DNA of 44,018 nt from Thermofilum sp. (lineage in GTDB: Archaea > Thermoproteota > Thermoprotei > Thermofilales > Thermofilaceae): NCBI GenBank assembly GCA_023269735.1, contig JAGDWA010000043.1, positions 1,587-45,604 of the forward strand, written 5' to 3'. The translations under genes and the position numbers were made by a program. The notes beneath the pieces were generated by a model. The model ran no database searches. It saw only the letters and a program-made list of their open reading frames with translations, and had not been told where the DNA came from. Below are positions 9,398-18,230 of the stretch, piece by piece (position 1 is the first letter of the stretch; each line of letters begins with the position of its first letter).

Positions 9398-11308
9398 ATG
9401 GAGGTCCTGGCGGGGACCATACTCGACCTGAGGAGGAGGATATTCGAGCTCCTGCCCCCCGACGCCGAGGTCACGAGGATCGAGTTCGAGGGGCCGCGCA
9501 TAGCCATCTACACGAGGAACCCCGGAGCGTTCATCGCTGACGAGGAGAGGCTGATAAAGGACATCGTCAAGACGATAAAGAAGAGGATCGTCGTCAGGTC
9601 GGACCCCTCGGTCAGGATGCCACAGCACCTCGCGGAGCAGCTCATCAGAGAGGCTGTCCCGAGCGAGGCCGGGATCAGGAGGATCCACTTCAACAGCGAG
9701 GTGGGGGAGGTCGAGATAGAGGCCGAGAAGCCCGGCTACGTAATCGGCAAGGGCGGGGAGACGAGGAGGGAGATCTTCAGGAGGACCGGCTGGCACCCTC
9801 GCATACTCCGGGCGCCAGCCATCCAGTCTCCCACGGTGGCTGAGGTGAGGGAGCTCTTCAGGGCCCGTGCCGACGACAGGCTGCGCCTGCTGAGGTCCGT
9901 CGGAGAGAGGATCTTCAGGGTGAAGCTGTTCGAGAACGAGTACGTCCGGATCGTCGGGCTGGGCGGCTTCCAGGAGGTCGGGCGCAGCGCCATACTCGTC
10001 CAGACGCCCGAGAGCCAGATACTGCTCGACGCTGGGGTGAAGCCCCTCTCGGGCGGGGAGGAGTACCCCTTCTTCGAGGCGCCGGAGTTCGACGTGGAGA
10101 AGCTCGACGCCGTGGTGGTGACCCACTCCCACCTGGACCACTGCGGCTCGCTGCCGTACCTGTTCAAGTTCGGGTACAGGGGCCCGGTCTACATGACGGA
10201 GCCGACCCTCTACCTCACGAAGCTCGTCCTGGAGGACTACCTGAGGGTGGCGCAGAAGGAGGGGAGGCCGCTGCCGTACAGCGAGAGGGACATCGCCACT
10301 GCCCTGCTCCACACGTACACACTGTCCTACGGCGAGGTCACGGACATCGCCCCGGACGTCAAGCTGACGCTCTACAGGTCCGGGCACATACTCGGCGGAG
10401 CCATAGTCCACCTGCACATAGGCGAGGGGCTGGTGAACATCGTCTACACGGGCGACTTCAAGTTCCAGCACACCCTGATGCTGGACGCGGCCGACTACAG
10501 GTTCCCGAGGCTGGAGCTGCTGATAATGGAGGCCACGTACAGCGGCAAGGACGATGTGCTGCCGCACAGGGACGAGGCCTTCAAGCAGCTCGTGAGCATC
10601 GTCGACGAGACGCTAAAGAGGAACGGCGTGGTGCTCGTCCCAGTGCTCGCGGTGGGGAGGGCGCAGGAGGTCCTGCTCGCGCTCAGGATGGCGATGGAGG
10701 GCGGCCTCCTGCCCCAGGTGCCGATATTCATCGAGGGCATGATAGACGAGGTGAACGCCATCCACACGGTCTTCCCCGAATACCTCAACGCAACGGTGAG
10801 CGAGATGATCTTCCGCAAGGTGAACCCCTTCACGGCCCCCAACGTCCACATCCTGAAGGGGGAGGAGAGGGAGGAGGTCGTGGAGGCGCGCCCCTGCATC
10901 ATACTCGCGACCTCCGGCATGCTGACGGGGGGGCCCGTCATGGAGTACCTGAAGCTGCTGGCGGAGGACGAGCGCAGCTCGCTCGTCTTCGTCAGCTACC
11001 AGGTTGAGGGCACGCTGGGGAGGAAGATCCTGCAGGGGCTCAAGGAGGTTTCGTTCGTCGACAGCAGGGGCCGCGTGGAGATCAGGGAGCTCAAGATGCA
11101 GGTGCACAGGGTGGAGGGCTTCTCGGGCCACAGCGATAGGCGCGAGCTGATATCGTACCTGCGCAGGGCGACGCCGACGCCGAAGAAGGTGATCCTCAAT
11201 CACTCCGAGAGGAGCAAGGTGAAGGCCTTCGCCAGGGGGCTCGAAAGGATGTTCCCCAACATCGAATTCTACGTCCCAGAAAACTTAGAGTCCGTCAGAG
11301 CCGTTTAG
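9398..11308 (+). CDS. fttA: Beta-CASP ribonuclease aCPSF1 / termination factor FttA
   Basis: N-terminal KH domains (IEFEGP, VIGKGG), EVGRSA, HSHLDH, GHILG, GFSGHSD. Conserved synteny with psmB. Confidence 0.95.
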   Translation: MEVLAGTILDLRRRIFELLPPDAEVTRIEFEGPRIAIYTRNPGAFIADEERLIKDIVKTIKKRIVVRSDPSVRMPQHLAEQLIREAVPSEAGIRRIHFNSEVGEVEIEAEKPGYVIGKGGETRREIFRRTGWHPRILRAPAIQSPTVAEVRELFRARADDRLRLLRSVGERIFRVKLFENEYVRIVGLGGFQEVGRSAILVQTPESQILLDAGVKPLSGGEEYPFFEAPEFDVEKLDAVVVTHSHLDHCGSLPYLFKFGYRGPVYMTEPTLYLTKLVLEDYLRVAQKEGRPLPYSERDIATALLHTYTLSYGEVTDIAPDVKLTLYRSGHILGGAIVHLHIGEGLVNIVYTGDFKFQHTLMLDAADYRFPRLELLIMEATYSGKDDVLPHRDEAFKQLVSIVDETLKRNGVVLVPVLAVGRAQEVLLALRMAMEGGLLPQVPIFIEGMIDEVNAIHTVFPEYLNATVSEMIFRKVNPFTAPNVHILKGEEREEVVEARPCIILATSGMLTGGPVMEYLKLLAEDERSSLVFVSYQVEGTLGRKILQGLKEVSFVDSRGRVEIRELKMQVHRVEGFSGHSDRRELISYLRRATPTPKKVILNHSERSKVKAFARGLERMFPNIEFYVPENLESVRAV

Positions 11309-11360
11309 TGTTAATCGTAGAGGAAAGATTAAAATAGTGCTTCCACGGCTCTCCACTCCG

Positions 11361-11795
11361 ATGAGCTCGGCAATAGATGAAAAGGACTTGGAGATAATAA
11401 AGATGCTCGAAAACAACGCTAGGATACCATTGACAAGAATAGCAGAGAAGGTAGGCATGAGCGACGTAGCCATCAGGAAGAGGCTGAAGAAGCTGGAGGG
11501 GGAGGGCATCATAAAGGGCTACAGGCTGCGCCTCGACCACGCCAAGCTGGGCTACCGCGCGAGGGCGATCATAGGCTTCAACGTGGACGCAACCAGGCTG
11601 CTGGAGGTCGTGAGAACGCTCAGGGAGCACCCCCAGGTCAGGTTCCTGGCGGTCACCTCGGGCGACCACATGGTGATCCTGGACTACTGGGCCAAGGACA
11701 ACCTCGAGCTGGAGAAGTTCATCGAGGAGCTGAAGGCTAAGTACAACGTCCGCGACGTCATGCCGAGCCTCGTCGTAGAGATGATCAAGGAGTGA
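11361..11795 (+). CDS. Lrp/AsnC-family regulator
   Basis: DEKD..IIK.LE.NAR..L..IA..VGMS...IRKRLKKLE..GIIKGY HTH plus RAM domain. Alternative GTG at 11337. Confidence 0.9.
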   Translation: MSSAIDEKDLEIIKMLENNARIPLTRIAEKVGMSDVAIRKRLKKLEGEGIIKGYRLRLDHAKLGYRARAIIGFNVDATRLLEVVRTLREHPQVRFLAVTSGDHMVILDYWAKDNLELEKFIEELKAKYNVRDVMPSLVVEMIKE

Positions 11796-11838
11796 CCCCG
11801 AACCCCAGATTTTTCCCCTCCCGAGGCTCGCCGGGCCC

Positions 11839-12351
11839 CTAGCCCCCCTCACTCTCGAGCAGAGGCGGCCTCCTGTCCTCGCCCACGGTCTTGAGGACCA
11901 GGATGGTGTGGGTCTGCACCACGTCGGCGTGCTCGGGCATGTAGCGGATCAGGAAGCTGGCGAGCTCCTCCACGTCCCTCACGCGGACCTTGAGCAGTAT
12001 GTCGTAGTCGCCCGTTATTATGTGGGCCTCCTCCACCCACGGCAGGTCCTTGCGAGCTCGGCAGTCGCTGATTATCTTCTCAGCGAGCAGCTCCTGGTTG
12101 GACTTCTCGCCGCGCAGGCTGACCCGCCTCACCTTCACCAGCACGAAGGCCGTGTACCTGTAGCCGAGCTTGCCCAGGTCGAGGTCTACGCTGTAGCCCC
12201 TGATGATGCCGCTCCTCTCCAGCCGCTCGAGCCTCTCGCTGAGCGTCGTCCTCGCCACCCCGAGCCTCCTCGCGACCTTCGAGAGCGGCGATCTGGCGTT
12301 CGCTAGCAGGAGGCTGAGGAGAGCCCTGTCCAAGTCGTCCAGCACAGGCAT
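11839..12351 (-). CDS. Lrp/AsnC-family regulator
   Basis: LDDLDRALL..L..NAR HTH, ITGDYDILLKV, T.TILVLK. Confidence 0.9.
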   Translation of the reverse strand: MPVLDDLDRALLSLLLANARSPLSKVARRLGVARTTLSERLERLERSGIIRGYSVDLDLGKLGYRYTAFVLVKVRRVSLRGEKSNQELLAEKIISDCRARKDLPWVEEAHIITGDYDILLKVRVRDVEELASFLIRYMPEHADVVQTHTILVLKTVGEDRRPPLLESEGG

Positions 12352-12496
12352 GCCGCCGGAGCGAGCCCTAAAAGCTCACGCCGCGCGCTGGTGCAGCGCT
12401 CCAGCGGCCTTCGCTGCGCGGCTGCGAGATCCTCATCTGCCGCCGATTGGCGGCAGTCGATAAAGCCAGCCCCCGCGGCGGAAGGAGCTCGGCGGA

Positions 12497-12594
12497 TGGT
12501 GGGGCCGCCGGGATTTGAACCCGGGTCCCTCCGCGACCTCGAGCGGTCCACGCGGGCCCGAGCCGCGCATCCTGCCAAGCTGGACTACGGCCCC
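12497..12594 (-). tRNA. tRNA-Pro(CGG) with 21-nt non-canonical intron (12529..12549, position 44/45) and encoded CCA
   Basis: GGGGCCG acceptor stem, anticodon arm CGCGG-CTCGGGC-CCGCG, T arm CCGGG-TTCAAAT-CCCGG, ACCA end. Removing GGACCGCTCGAGGTCGCGGAG restores a 77-nt cloverleaf. Confidence 0.93.
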
Positions 12595-12615
12595 CGGTAC
12601 CCGGCGGTGCGGGAG

Positions 12616-12650
12616 CTTAAGAACTTTCTTAGAAAGGGCAGGGTTATAAG
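12616..12650. promoter_or_regulatory. Back-to-back promoters for tRNA-Pro (-) and rio1 (+)
   Basis: CTTAAG and TTATAAG TATA-like boxes flank the CTTTCT-T-AGAAAG inverted repeat. Each lies about 22 nt from its gene. Confidence 0.55.
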
Positions 12651-12671
12651 CGGCTCCGCGCCACAGAGCAG

Positions 12672-13469
12672 GTGCCCGAGGGGGACGCTGAAGAGCTGGC
12701 GGAGAGGGCGAGCGCTAGGGCTAGGGGTGGGAAGCGGGCGAAGGACAGCGAGCTCTTCGAGGTGGTGGAGGAGGTTTTCGACTACCCCACCCTGATGGCG
12801 CTCTACAAGCTCCTCAACGCCGGCGTCATAGGCAGGATGCATGGCGCTGTGGCGTCGGGCAAGGAGGCGAGGATCTACTGGGCTGAGGACCCCAGCGGCG
12901 GGGATCTCGCTGTGAAGATATTCCTGACGGTGGCGAGCGAGTTCCGCCGCGGGAGGCTGATCTACATGGAGGGCGACCCGCGCTTCAGGAGGCTGCGCGG
13001 CGACGTCAGGAAGCTCGTTGAGCTGTGGTGCTCCAAGGAGTTCAGAAACCTCAAGAGGGCCCTCGAGGCCGGTGTGAGGGTCCCCCGCCCGATCGCTCGG
13101 AGGGGCAACGTCCTGGTCATGGAGTTCATAGGCGTCCCCGGCGTGCGCGGCAAGCCGGCGCCCTTGCTCAAGGACGTGGAGCTGGAGGACCCGGAGGGGG
13201 CCTTCAGGACCCTCAGGAGCTACATCGAGCTGCTCTACAGGGGGGCGAAGCTCGTCCACGCCGACCTCTCCGAGTACAACGTCATGGTGCGGGGCGGGGA
13301 GCTGATCCTCATAGACTTTGGGTCGGCGGTCGACGTGGGCCACCCGATGGCGCTGGAGTTCCTGAGGAGGGACATCAGGAACATCTTTTCCTACTTCTCC
13401 CGCCTGGGGGTCGACACGGGCGACCCCGACGAGTTCTACAGTGAGCTCTCCGCCTCACCCGCTGGGTAG
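12672..13469 (+). CDS. rio1: RIO1 kinase/ATPase
   Basis: SGKEA.IY, AVKIF, W..KEFRNL, LVMEFIG, LVHADLSEYN, IDFG motifs. Confidence 0.93.
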   Translation: MPEGDAEELAERASARARGGKRAKDSELFEVVEEVFDYPTLMALYKLLNAGVIGRMHGAVASGKEARIYWAEDPSGGDLAVKIFLTVASEFRRGRLIYMEGDPRFRRLRGDVRKLVELWCSKEFRNLKRALEAGVRVPRPIARRGNVLVMEFIGVPGVRGKPAPLLKDVELEDPEGAFRTLRSYIELLYRGAKLVHADLSEYNVMVRGGELILIDFGSAVDVGHPMALEFLRRDIRNIFSYFSRLGVDTGDPDEFYSELSASPAG

Positions 13470-13473
13470 CCGG

Positions 13474-13806
13474 CTAGGCGCCGGACTCCTCGATCAGCTT
13501 CTTCAGCCCCTTCAGCAGCCCCTTCTCCTCGAGGACCTGAAGCTCGTTGCCGGAGTAGCGGTACACAATGTCGCCCCTTTCATCCCGCTGGAACTCCCAC
13601 ACGGCAACCAGCACTACGTCGCCGACCTTCATCCAGACCCTCTTCCTGTAGCGCCCCGGGATCCTGCAGAGCCTCACCTTACCGTCCTCGCAGAGGACCC
13701 TGGCCCTGTCGTAGCCTAGGAACTGCTGGATCACGCCCAGCAGCATGTCGTTCCCGTTGGGCAGCAGCATCTCGCCCCTCTCCTCCTTCCTCCTCTCCTT
13801 GGGCAC
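13474..13806 (-). CDS. eif1a: Translation initiation factor aIF-1A
   Basis: LG..R..V.C.DGK.RLCRIPGR...RVW...GDVVLV..W.FQ...RGDIVYRY. GTG start at 13806. Confidence 0.95.
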   Translation of the reverse strand: MPKERRKEERGEMLLPNGNDMLLGVIQQFLGYDRARVLCEDGKVRLCRIPGRYRKRVWMKVGDVVLVAVWEFQRDERGDIVYRYSGNELQVLEEKGLLKGLKKLIEESGA

Positions 13807-13829
13807 GGGGTCGCGGTCTCGGCCGCACT

Positions 13830-14903
13830 TTATTTCGCTTGCGTTTCCTCGAGCTTGGGCAGCAGGTAGAGGCGGTGCCCAACGTTCGCCACGAGCACGT
13901 AGGCGCCCGGCTTCAGCCACACCGGGTGCCCGCTGACGCTCAGCGTTACCGCCCGCTGGGAGCCCAGGGGCACCAGGTCGACGACGCCGGAGGTAGCTGA
14001 GGCCACGAGGGCCGGCTCCAGCTCCTCCCTCTTCAGCACCACGCGGCTCCTCTCGATCAAGGGCCTCGCCTCCCCTATCGATAGCTCCGAGTAAGTCTCT
14101 AGGTCGAGGAGTCTGGCCCCCGCGCGCCTGACGTCGAGGACGTAATACAGCCTACCCAAGTACTCGATCACGTCGCCCCGCCTGAAGCCGGGAAGGAGCA
14201 CGCGGAGGGTGCGCCTCGCGAGGCGCCTGCCCGAAGTCGCGCCGACAGCCTTCCGCGTCTCCAGCACCGACGCCAGTAGCTCGCGCCTCAGAGCCGCGAC
14301 TGCGAGCTTCGCGCCGGACAGGGATGAAAAGACGAAGTCGACTCCCCCCTCGCGCTCCACGACGTCCACGAGGTCGGGCGCCCCCCTCCGGGAGCCGACG
14401 GCCTGCTGCACGATCCCCTTCACGGCCTCGATCTCGCCTTTCGTGAGCGGCCTCCCCCTAGCCCTCACCTGCACCCTCGCAGCCTCCCTCTTCGACTTGA
14501 CCATCGCGCAGCTCGTGCAGAGGCCCCACCTGACCCGCAGAGCTACGGTGTGCTCCTCCTCGTACGGCTCCACCCCCTCAGCGGGGGTACCGAGCACCTT
14601 CACCCTGACGAGGCCCCCGCCCCACTCGACGACCTCCAGCGCCACCAGCCTGCCGCGCGCCCTGACCTCCCTCGCCACCGCGCCCCTCACCGCCTCGCTC
14701 AGCGGGTCGCTAGTGAGGGGGCGGACCCACGCCCTCCCGAGCTTGTAGGAGCCGCAGGCCCTGCAGACGGTCACCTCGATCGCGCTGGGCAGCTCGGCCA
14801 GCCTGTGGCTGGCCCTGTAGCAGTCCTCGCACAGGCCGCCGTAGAGCTTGCTCACCCTCCTGCCGCACACCGGGCACACTCGCGCTAGCAGGTCGTCGGA
14901 CAC
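13830..14903 (-). CDS. NMD3-family ribosome biogenesis protein
   Basis: CPVCG...LC.DC, C..CG, LC..C Zn motifs, A.VQVR, GVDF. Probable GTG start at 14903. Confidence 0.85.
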   Translation of the reverse strand: MSDDLLARVCPVCGRRVSKLYGGLCEDCYRASHRLAELPSAIEVTVCRACGSYKLGRAWVRPLTSDPLSEAVRGAVAREVRARGRLVALEVVEWGGGLVRVKVLGTPAEGVEPYEEEHTVALRVRWGLCTSCAMVKSKREAARVQVRARGRPLTKGEIEAVKGIVQQAVGSRRGAPDLVDVVEREGGVDFVFSSLSGAKLAVAALRRELLASVLETRKAVGATSGRRLARRTLRVLLPGFRRGDVIEYLGRLYYVLDVRRAGARLLDLETYSELSIGEARPLIERSRVVLKREELEPALVASATSGVVDLVPLGSQRAVTLSVSGHPVWLKPGAYVLVANVGHRLYLLPKLEETQAK

Positions 14904-14941
14904 GCCTCGCGACCCCCGGGAGGCCCCCTTCAAGCTTCCCC

Positions 14942-15247
14942 TCACTTGAGCACCAGCTGCACGTGCGGCACGCCCCCCACGTTCACGGCGGCGAGCTTCA
15001 CGCTGGGGATCCTCTTCCCCAGCTCTGAGACGACTCCTTCACCGAAGGCGTTAACCACCGTGGCCCCCCCGCCGATGTAGCTCCACAGCTCGCTCAGGGG
15101 GATCCTCTCGCCGCCGTAGAACTCCGCGCTCACCCTCACCTTGAAGGCCCCGAGGTCGAGCTCCCTGCCTAGCAGCTCCTCGTCGCAGACCGCCACCACC
15201 ACGTCGTTGCCGCTGCGGTGCACCTTTACGTAGCACCACTTGCCCAT
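14942..15247 (-). CDS. DUF424-family protein
   Basis: VVVAVCDEELLG...V..EFYGG...ATVVN.FG...V.GVPHVQ. ATG at 15247. Confidence 0.85.
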   Translation of the reverse strand: MGKWCYVKVHRSGNDVVVAVCDEELLGRELDLGAFKVRVSAEFYGGERIPLSELWSYIGGGATVVNAFGEGVVSELGKRIPSVKLAAVNVGGVPHVQLVLK

Positions 15248-15339
15248 CCGCCGGCACTGGACAGCCGGCGCTGAGCGCGATATAAGCCTGCTCGCCGGGC
15301 ACGAGAAACCGTTATTAGGAGGTCCCGCCCCGAAGGGTG

Positions 15340-15398
15340 GGCCGAGGAAGAGGGCTGGTATAGCTGAAGGCCTGATGAACGACACCAGACCCGAGGCC
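15340..15398 (+). ncRNA. Box C/D sRNA A, predicted double guide for 16S rRNA helix 18
   Basis: GGCC stem; C=AGGAAGA (15345-51); 12-nt guide GGGCTGGTATAG; D'=CTGA; C'=TGATGA; 12-nt guide ACGACACCAGAC; D=CCGA; GGCC. TTATTA lies about 25 nt upstream. Confidence 0.88.
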
Positions 15399-16118
15399 TC
15401 AGGCGATCCTCCTGTCCTTCCTCACGACGATGCCCTTGCCCGGCTTGATCTCAAACTCGTAGATCGCAGGCTCGGCGGGCCTCCACCTCATCTTGCGCAC
15501 CCAGATCGTGCGCACGTACCTGCTGCCCGCGTAGCGCAGGCCGAGGACGAATATCCCCGCCGCCAGGAACTCCTCGACGCCGAAGCGGCTCAGCTGGTTG
15601 GAGCCCGTCGGGATCTCGGAGGTGATCAGTGTGGTCGTGCCGATCTTCTTCTCAATGTTTATCAGCAGGCTCCGCACGTAGTCGCGCATCTTGACGACGC
15701 TCTCCTCGCCCACCACCAGGGGGGCTATCGGGTCGATCACTAGCCTGCTCGCGCCCACCCGCTCCACCGCCTCCCTGAGGTCCTCGACGATCGAGCCAAC
15801 CACTGTCTCCACGGGCTTGCTCCTCATGCGCTCGAAGAAGTCGGGCAGCATGGTGACCACGTAGAGCAGCCCCCGCTCGATGAGCGGCTTGAGGTCCCAG
15901 CCGAACAGCCTGGCGCCCTCTACGAAGCTGTCGTACTCCTCGTCCACGAGGAGGTAGACGCCGCCCTCGCCCTTCGAAGCCCCGTGGAGGAGGTAGTTCA
16001 GCGCGAAGAGCGTCTTCCCTGTCCCTGTCTCGCCCGCCACGAGGTACGTCCGCCCCCTGATGAAGCCCCCACCAATGATCTCGTCGAGCCCCTCGATCCC
16101 CGTCTCCGCCAGCTCCAT
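15399..16118 (-). CDS. KaiC/RecA-superfamily ATPase (aRadC-like)
   Basis: TGIEGLDEIIGGG, GETGTGKT, RLVID, TSE, GVEEFLA, KMR motifs. Confidence 0.9.
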   Translation of the reverse strand: MELAETGIEGLDEIIGGGFIRGRTYLVAGETGTGKTLFALNYLLHGASKGEGGVYLLVDEEYDSFVEGARLFGWDLKPLIERGLLYVVTMLPDFFERMRSKPVETVVGSIVEDLREAVERVGASRLVIDPIAPLVVGEESVVKMRDYVRSLLINIEKKIGTTTLITSEIPTGSNQLSRFGVEEFLAAGIFVLGLRYAGSRYVRTIWVRKMRWRPAEPAIYEFEIKPGKGIVVRKDRRIA

Positions 16119-16129
16119 CCCGCTCCGGC

Positions 16130-16849
16130 CTACTCCCTCGGCCTCCTCGGTTTTAAAGCGAGCGTGGCGCTCACCGCACGCTCCCCGACGCCCAGGACCT
16201 CCGAAGCGATCAGCCTCACGAAGTCGTCGGAGGGGGCGGCCCCCACGGCGTTCAGCCTCAGGCAGAGCGCGTGCTTGAGCGCCTCCTTCTCGATCCTGTT
16301 GTCCACGTCGCCGCTGGCTATCGCCTGGGCCACTCTGAACGCCACGAAGAACTTCTTGAAGCCCATGATCTTGCGGCTGAGGTTCGGGAAGTCCCTCTCG
16401 ATCCTGTCGAGCAGCCTGGCGAGGTCCTCGTCGCTCCTGAAGCCCAGCAGCGCCGCCGTGGCGACCAGCCTGGCGACCCTGAAAACCGCCTCCTCGCTGT
16501 CGGACCCCATCTCCTCGATGATCGCCTCCCTGCCCTCGCCCGCCAGGAGCCTCTCCGCCGCCCTCTCGGCCCTAACCTCGACGCTCAGGAGCCTTTCGTA
16601 GAAGTCGCCGTACTCCTGGGGGTCAAGGCCAAGGCCGTACCTGGCGACCACGTACACCGTGCACAGCTCCTTGTCGTAGATGTTGATCTTGGCCCGGCCC
16701 CTGATGGGCTCTACGCCGTACTTCGCGTAGACTCTCCTGAGCTCCTCTACCAGCTCCTCCCTGCTCGCGACCTCGCCCCTCAGCGCCCTGGATATCAAGT
16801 CGAGGCAGGCCTCGATGCGCCTAGCGTGCGGCCTCACTGACCGAGCCAC
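16130..16849 (-). CDS. Conserved crenarchaeal protein (DUF2192-like)
   Basis: Y....I.PIRG....IYDKEL.TVYVV..YGLGL motif. Overlaps the end of rpl10e. Confidence 0.65.
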   Translation of the reverse strand: MARSVRPHARRIEACLDLISRALRGEVASREELVEELRRVYAKYGVEPIRGRAKINIYDKELCTVYVVARYGLGLDPQEYGDFYERLLSVEVRAERAAERLLAGEGREAIIEEMGSDSEEAVFRVARLVATAALLGFRSDEDLARLLDRIERDFPNLSRKIMGFKKFFVAFRVAQAIASGDVDNRIEKEALKHALCLRLNAVGAAPSDDFVRLIASEVLGVGERAVSATLALKPRRPRE

Positions 16850-17348
16850 CGCTCTCCACGACCAGCTTGCAGGGCAGGGGCAGCTTGGAGGAGGCGCGGC
16901 GCAGCGCCTCCTTCGCGTGCTCGAGGCCGCTCCCGTTGACCCTCACGAGGATCACCGTCTGGCCCGCCACGACCCTCGCCGCCCTGCCCACCGGGGTGCC
17001 GAAGGCCAGGCGCATGCCCTCCTGCAGACGGTCCGCGCCCGCCATCGCCAGCATCTTGTTCTCCCTCAGGATGTGGTGCGGGTACACGCAGATCCTCATG
17101 AAGTAGTTCTGCTCGCCCAGCTTCGAGGCGAGGTACTTGTTGGCGATCTGCCTCGCGGCCTCCAACGCGTTCTGCCTTATCTGGCCACCCCGCTCCACGA
17201 CCAGCCTGAGCGTGTAAGCGAAGTCCCCCCGCGAGTTGCCCAGGTCAAACTTCGGTATCGTGACGGGCGGTATGCTCCCTATGTACTCCAGCTTCGTGTA
17301 GGGTGGCGTGCTAATCCTCCTGTAGCACCTCCCGGGCCTCAGCGGCAT
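16821..17348 (-). CDS. rpl10e: 50S ribosomal protein uL16 (L10e)
   Basis: MPLRPGRCYR, QIR.NALEAAR, YPHHILRENKM...AGADRLQEGMR.AFG.P.G. Confidence 0.96.
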   Translation of the reverse strand: MPLRPGRCYRRISTPPYTKLEYIGSIPPVTIPKFDLGNSRGDFAYTLRLVVERGGQIRQNALEAARQIANKYLASKLGEQNYFMRICVYPHHILRENKMLAMAGADRLQEGMRLAFGTPVGRAARVVAGQTVILVRVNGSGLEHAKEALRRASSKLPLPCKLVVESGGSVSEAAR

Positions 17349-18124
17349 TGCGCTCCGGGGGATCGTGCTGCATCGCTTATATCCGTTTTCCTCCCCAGCT
17401 GCCGCTCGAGCTCCACTATGCGCTCGTAGGCCCCCCTCAGCAGCCCGAGCAGCATCCTCACGTCGGAGTCCGTCGGTGCAGCGCCGCCCAGCAGCCTCCT
17501 CATCATCAGCCGCGCCCTCTCGACCCTCTCCCCCCTCTCCCCCAGCGCGGAGAGGAGCAGCCCCAGGTAGTGCAGCAGCATCTCCACCTCCTCCCTCCTC
17601 GGCAGCTTCTCGCGCAGCCACTGCGGCTGGGGCTGTGCGGCGCGCTTGTAGATCTCGTAGAAGAACACCGCCGCGGCGTGCGAGACGTTCATGATGGGGT
17701 ACTCCGGGTTCGCGGGGATGTACGAAACTATGTCGCAGAGCTTCAGCTCCTCGTTCGTCAACCCTATGTCCTCCCGCCCCAGCACCAGCAGCACCTCGCC
17801 CTCTTGCTCGGCGATCCTCTGGGCCAGCTGGTCCGGGGGCACCCAGCGGCGGACGTGCTCGAGGCCTTTCGTGACGACGCCCGTGGTCCCCACCACCAGG
17901 TCGAACTCCCCCACGACCTCCCCCAGGCTCTGCGCGTAGCGCGCGCCGGCTAGGATCTCCTGGGCGTGGGCCGAGAACCGGTACGCCTCGTCGCCGACCC
18001 TGCACCTGGGCTTCACCAGGATGAGCCTCGTGAGGCCGAAGTTCTTCATGCAGCGGGCCACGTAGCCGACGTTTATCTCGTAGAGGGGCTCCACGAGCGC
18101 CACTGCCACCCTCTCGAGCCTCAC
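17339..18124 (-). CDS. trmJ: TrmJ-family SPOUT RNA methyltransferase
   Basis: LVEP....NVG.VAR.MKNFG, GRED.GLTNEEL..CD, IPANPEYP.MNVSHA. Confidence 0.88.
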   Translation of the reverse strand: MRLERVAVALVEPLYEINVGYVARCMKNFGLTRLILVKPRCRVGDEAYRFSAHAQEILAGARYAQSLGEVVGEFDLVVGTTGVVTKGLEHVRRWVPPDQLAQRIAEQEGEVLLVLGREDIGLTNEELKLCDIVSYIPANPEYPIMNVSHAAAVFFYEIYKRAAQPQPQWLREKLPRREEVEMLLHYLGLLLSALGERGERVERARLMMRRLLGGAAPTDSDVRMLLGLLRGAYERIVELERQLGRKTDISDAARSPGAQCR

Positions 18125-18168
18125 GATGGGCTCGTGGGAGCCGAGCTCAAAATGCTTCGCTCAGCGTG

Positions 18169-18230
18169 CCGGCGTCGGCCGAGACAGGTCAGGTCACGGA
18201 TCCCCCCGTCTCTTCCTCGTCATCCGCCGG
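18169..18230 (-). ncRNA. Box C/D sRNA B, predicted double guide for the 23S peptidyl-transferase region
   Basis: Minus strand: CCGGCG stem; C=ATGACGA; guide GGAAGAGACGGG; degenerate D'=GGGA and C'=GTGACCT; guide GACCTGTCTCGG; D=CCGA; CGCCGG. TTAAATA upstream at 18249-55. Confidence 0.82.

Noticed and set aside
12437..12456. Hairpin CTGCCGCC-GATT-GGCGGCAG downstream of the tRNA as an att site or integrated element
   Set aside because: No integrase and no duplicated tRNA 3' end seen in the window.
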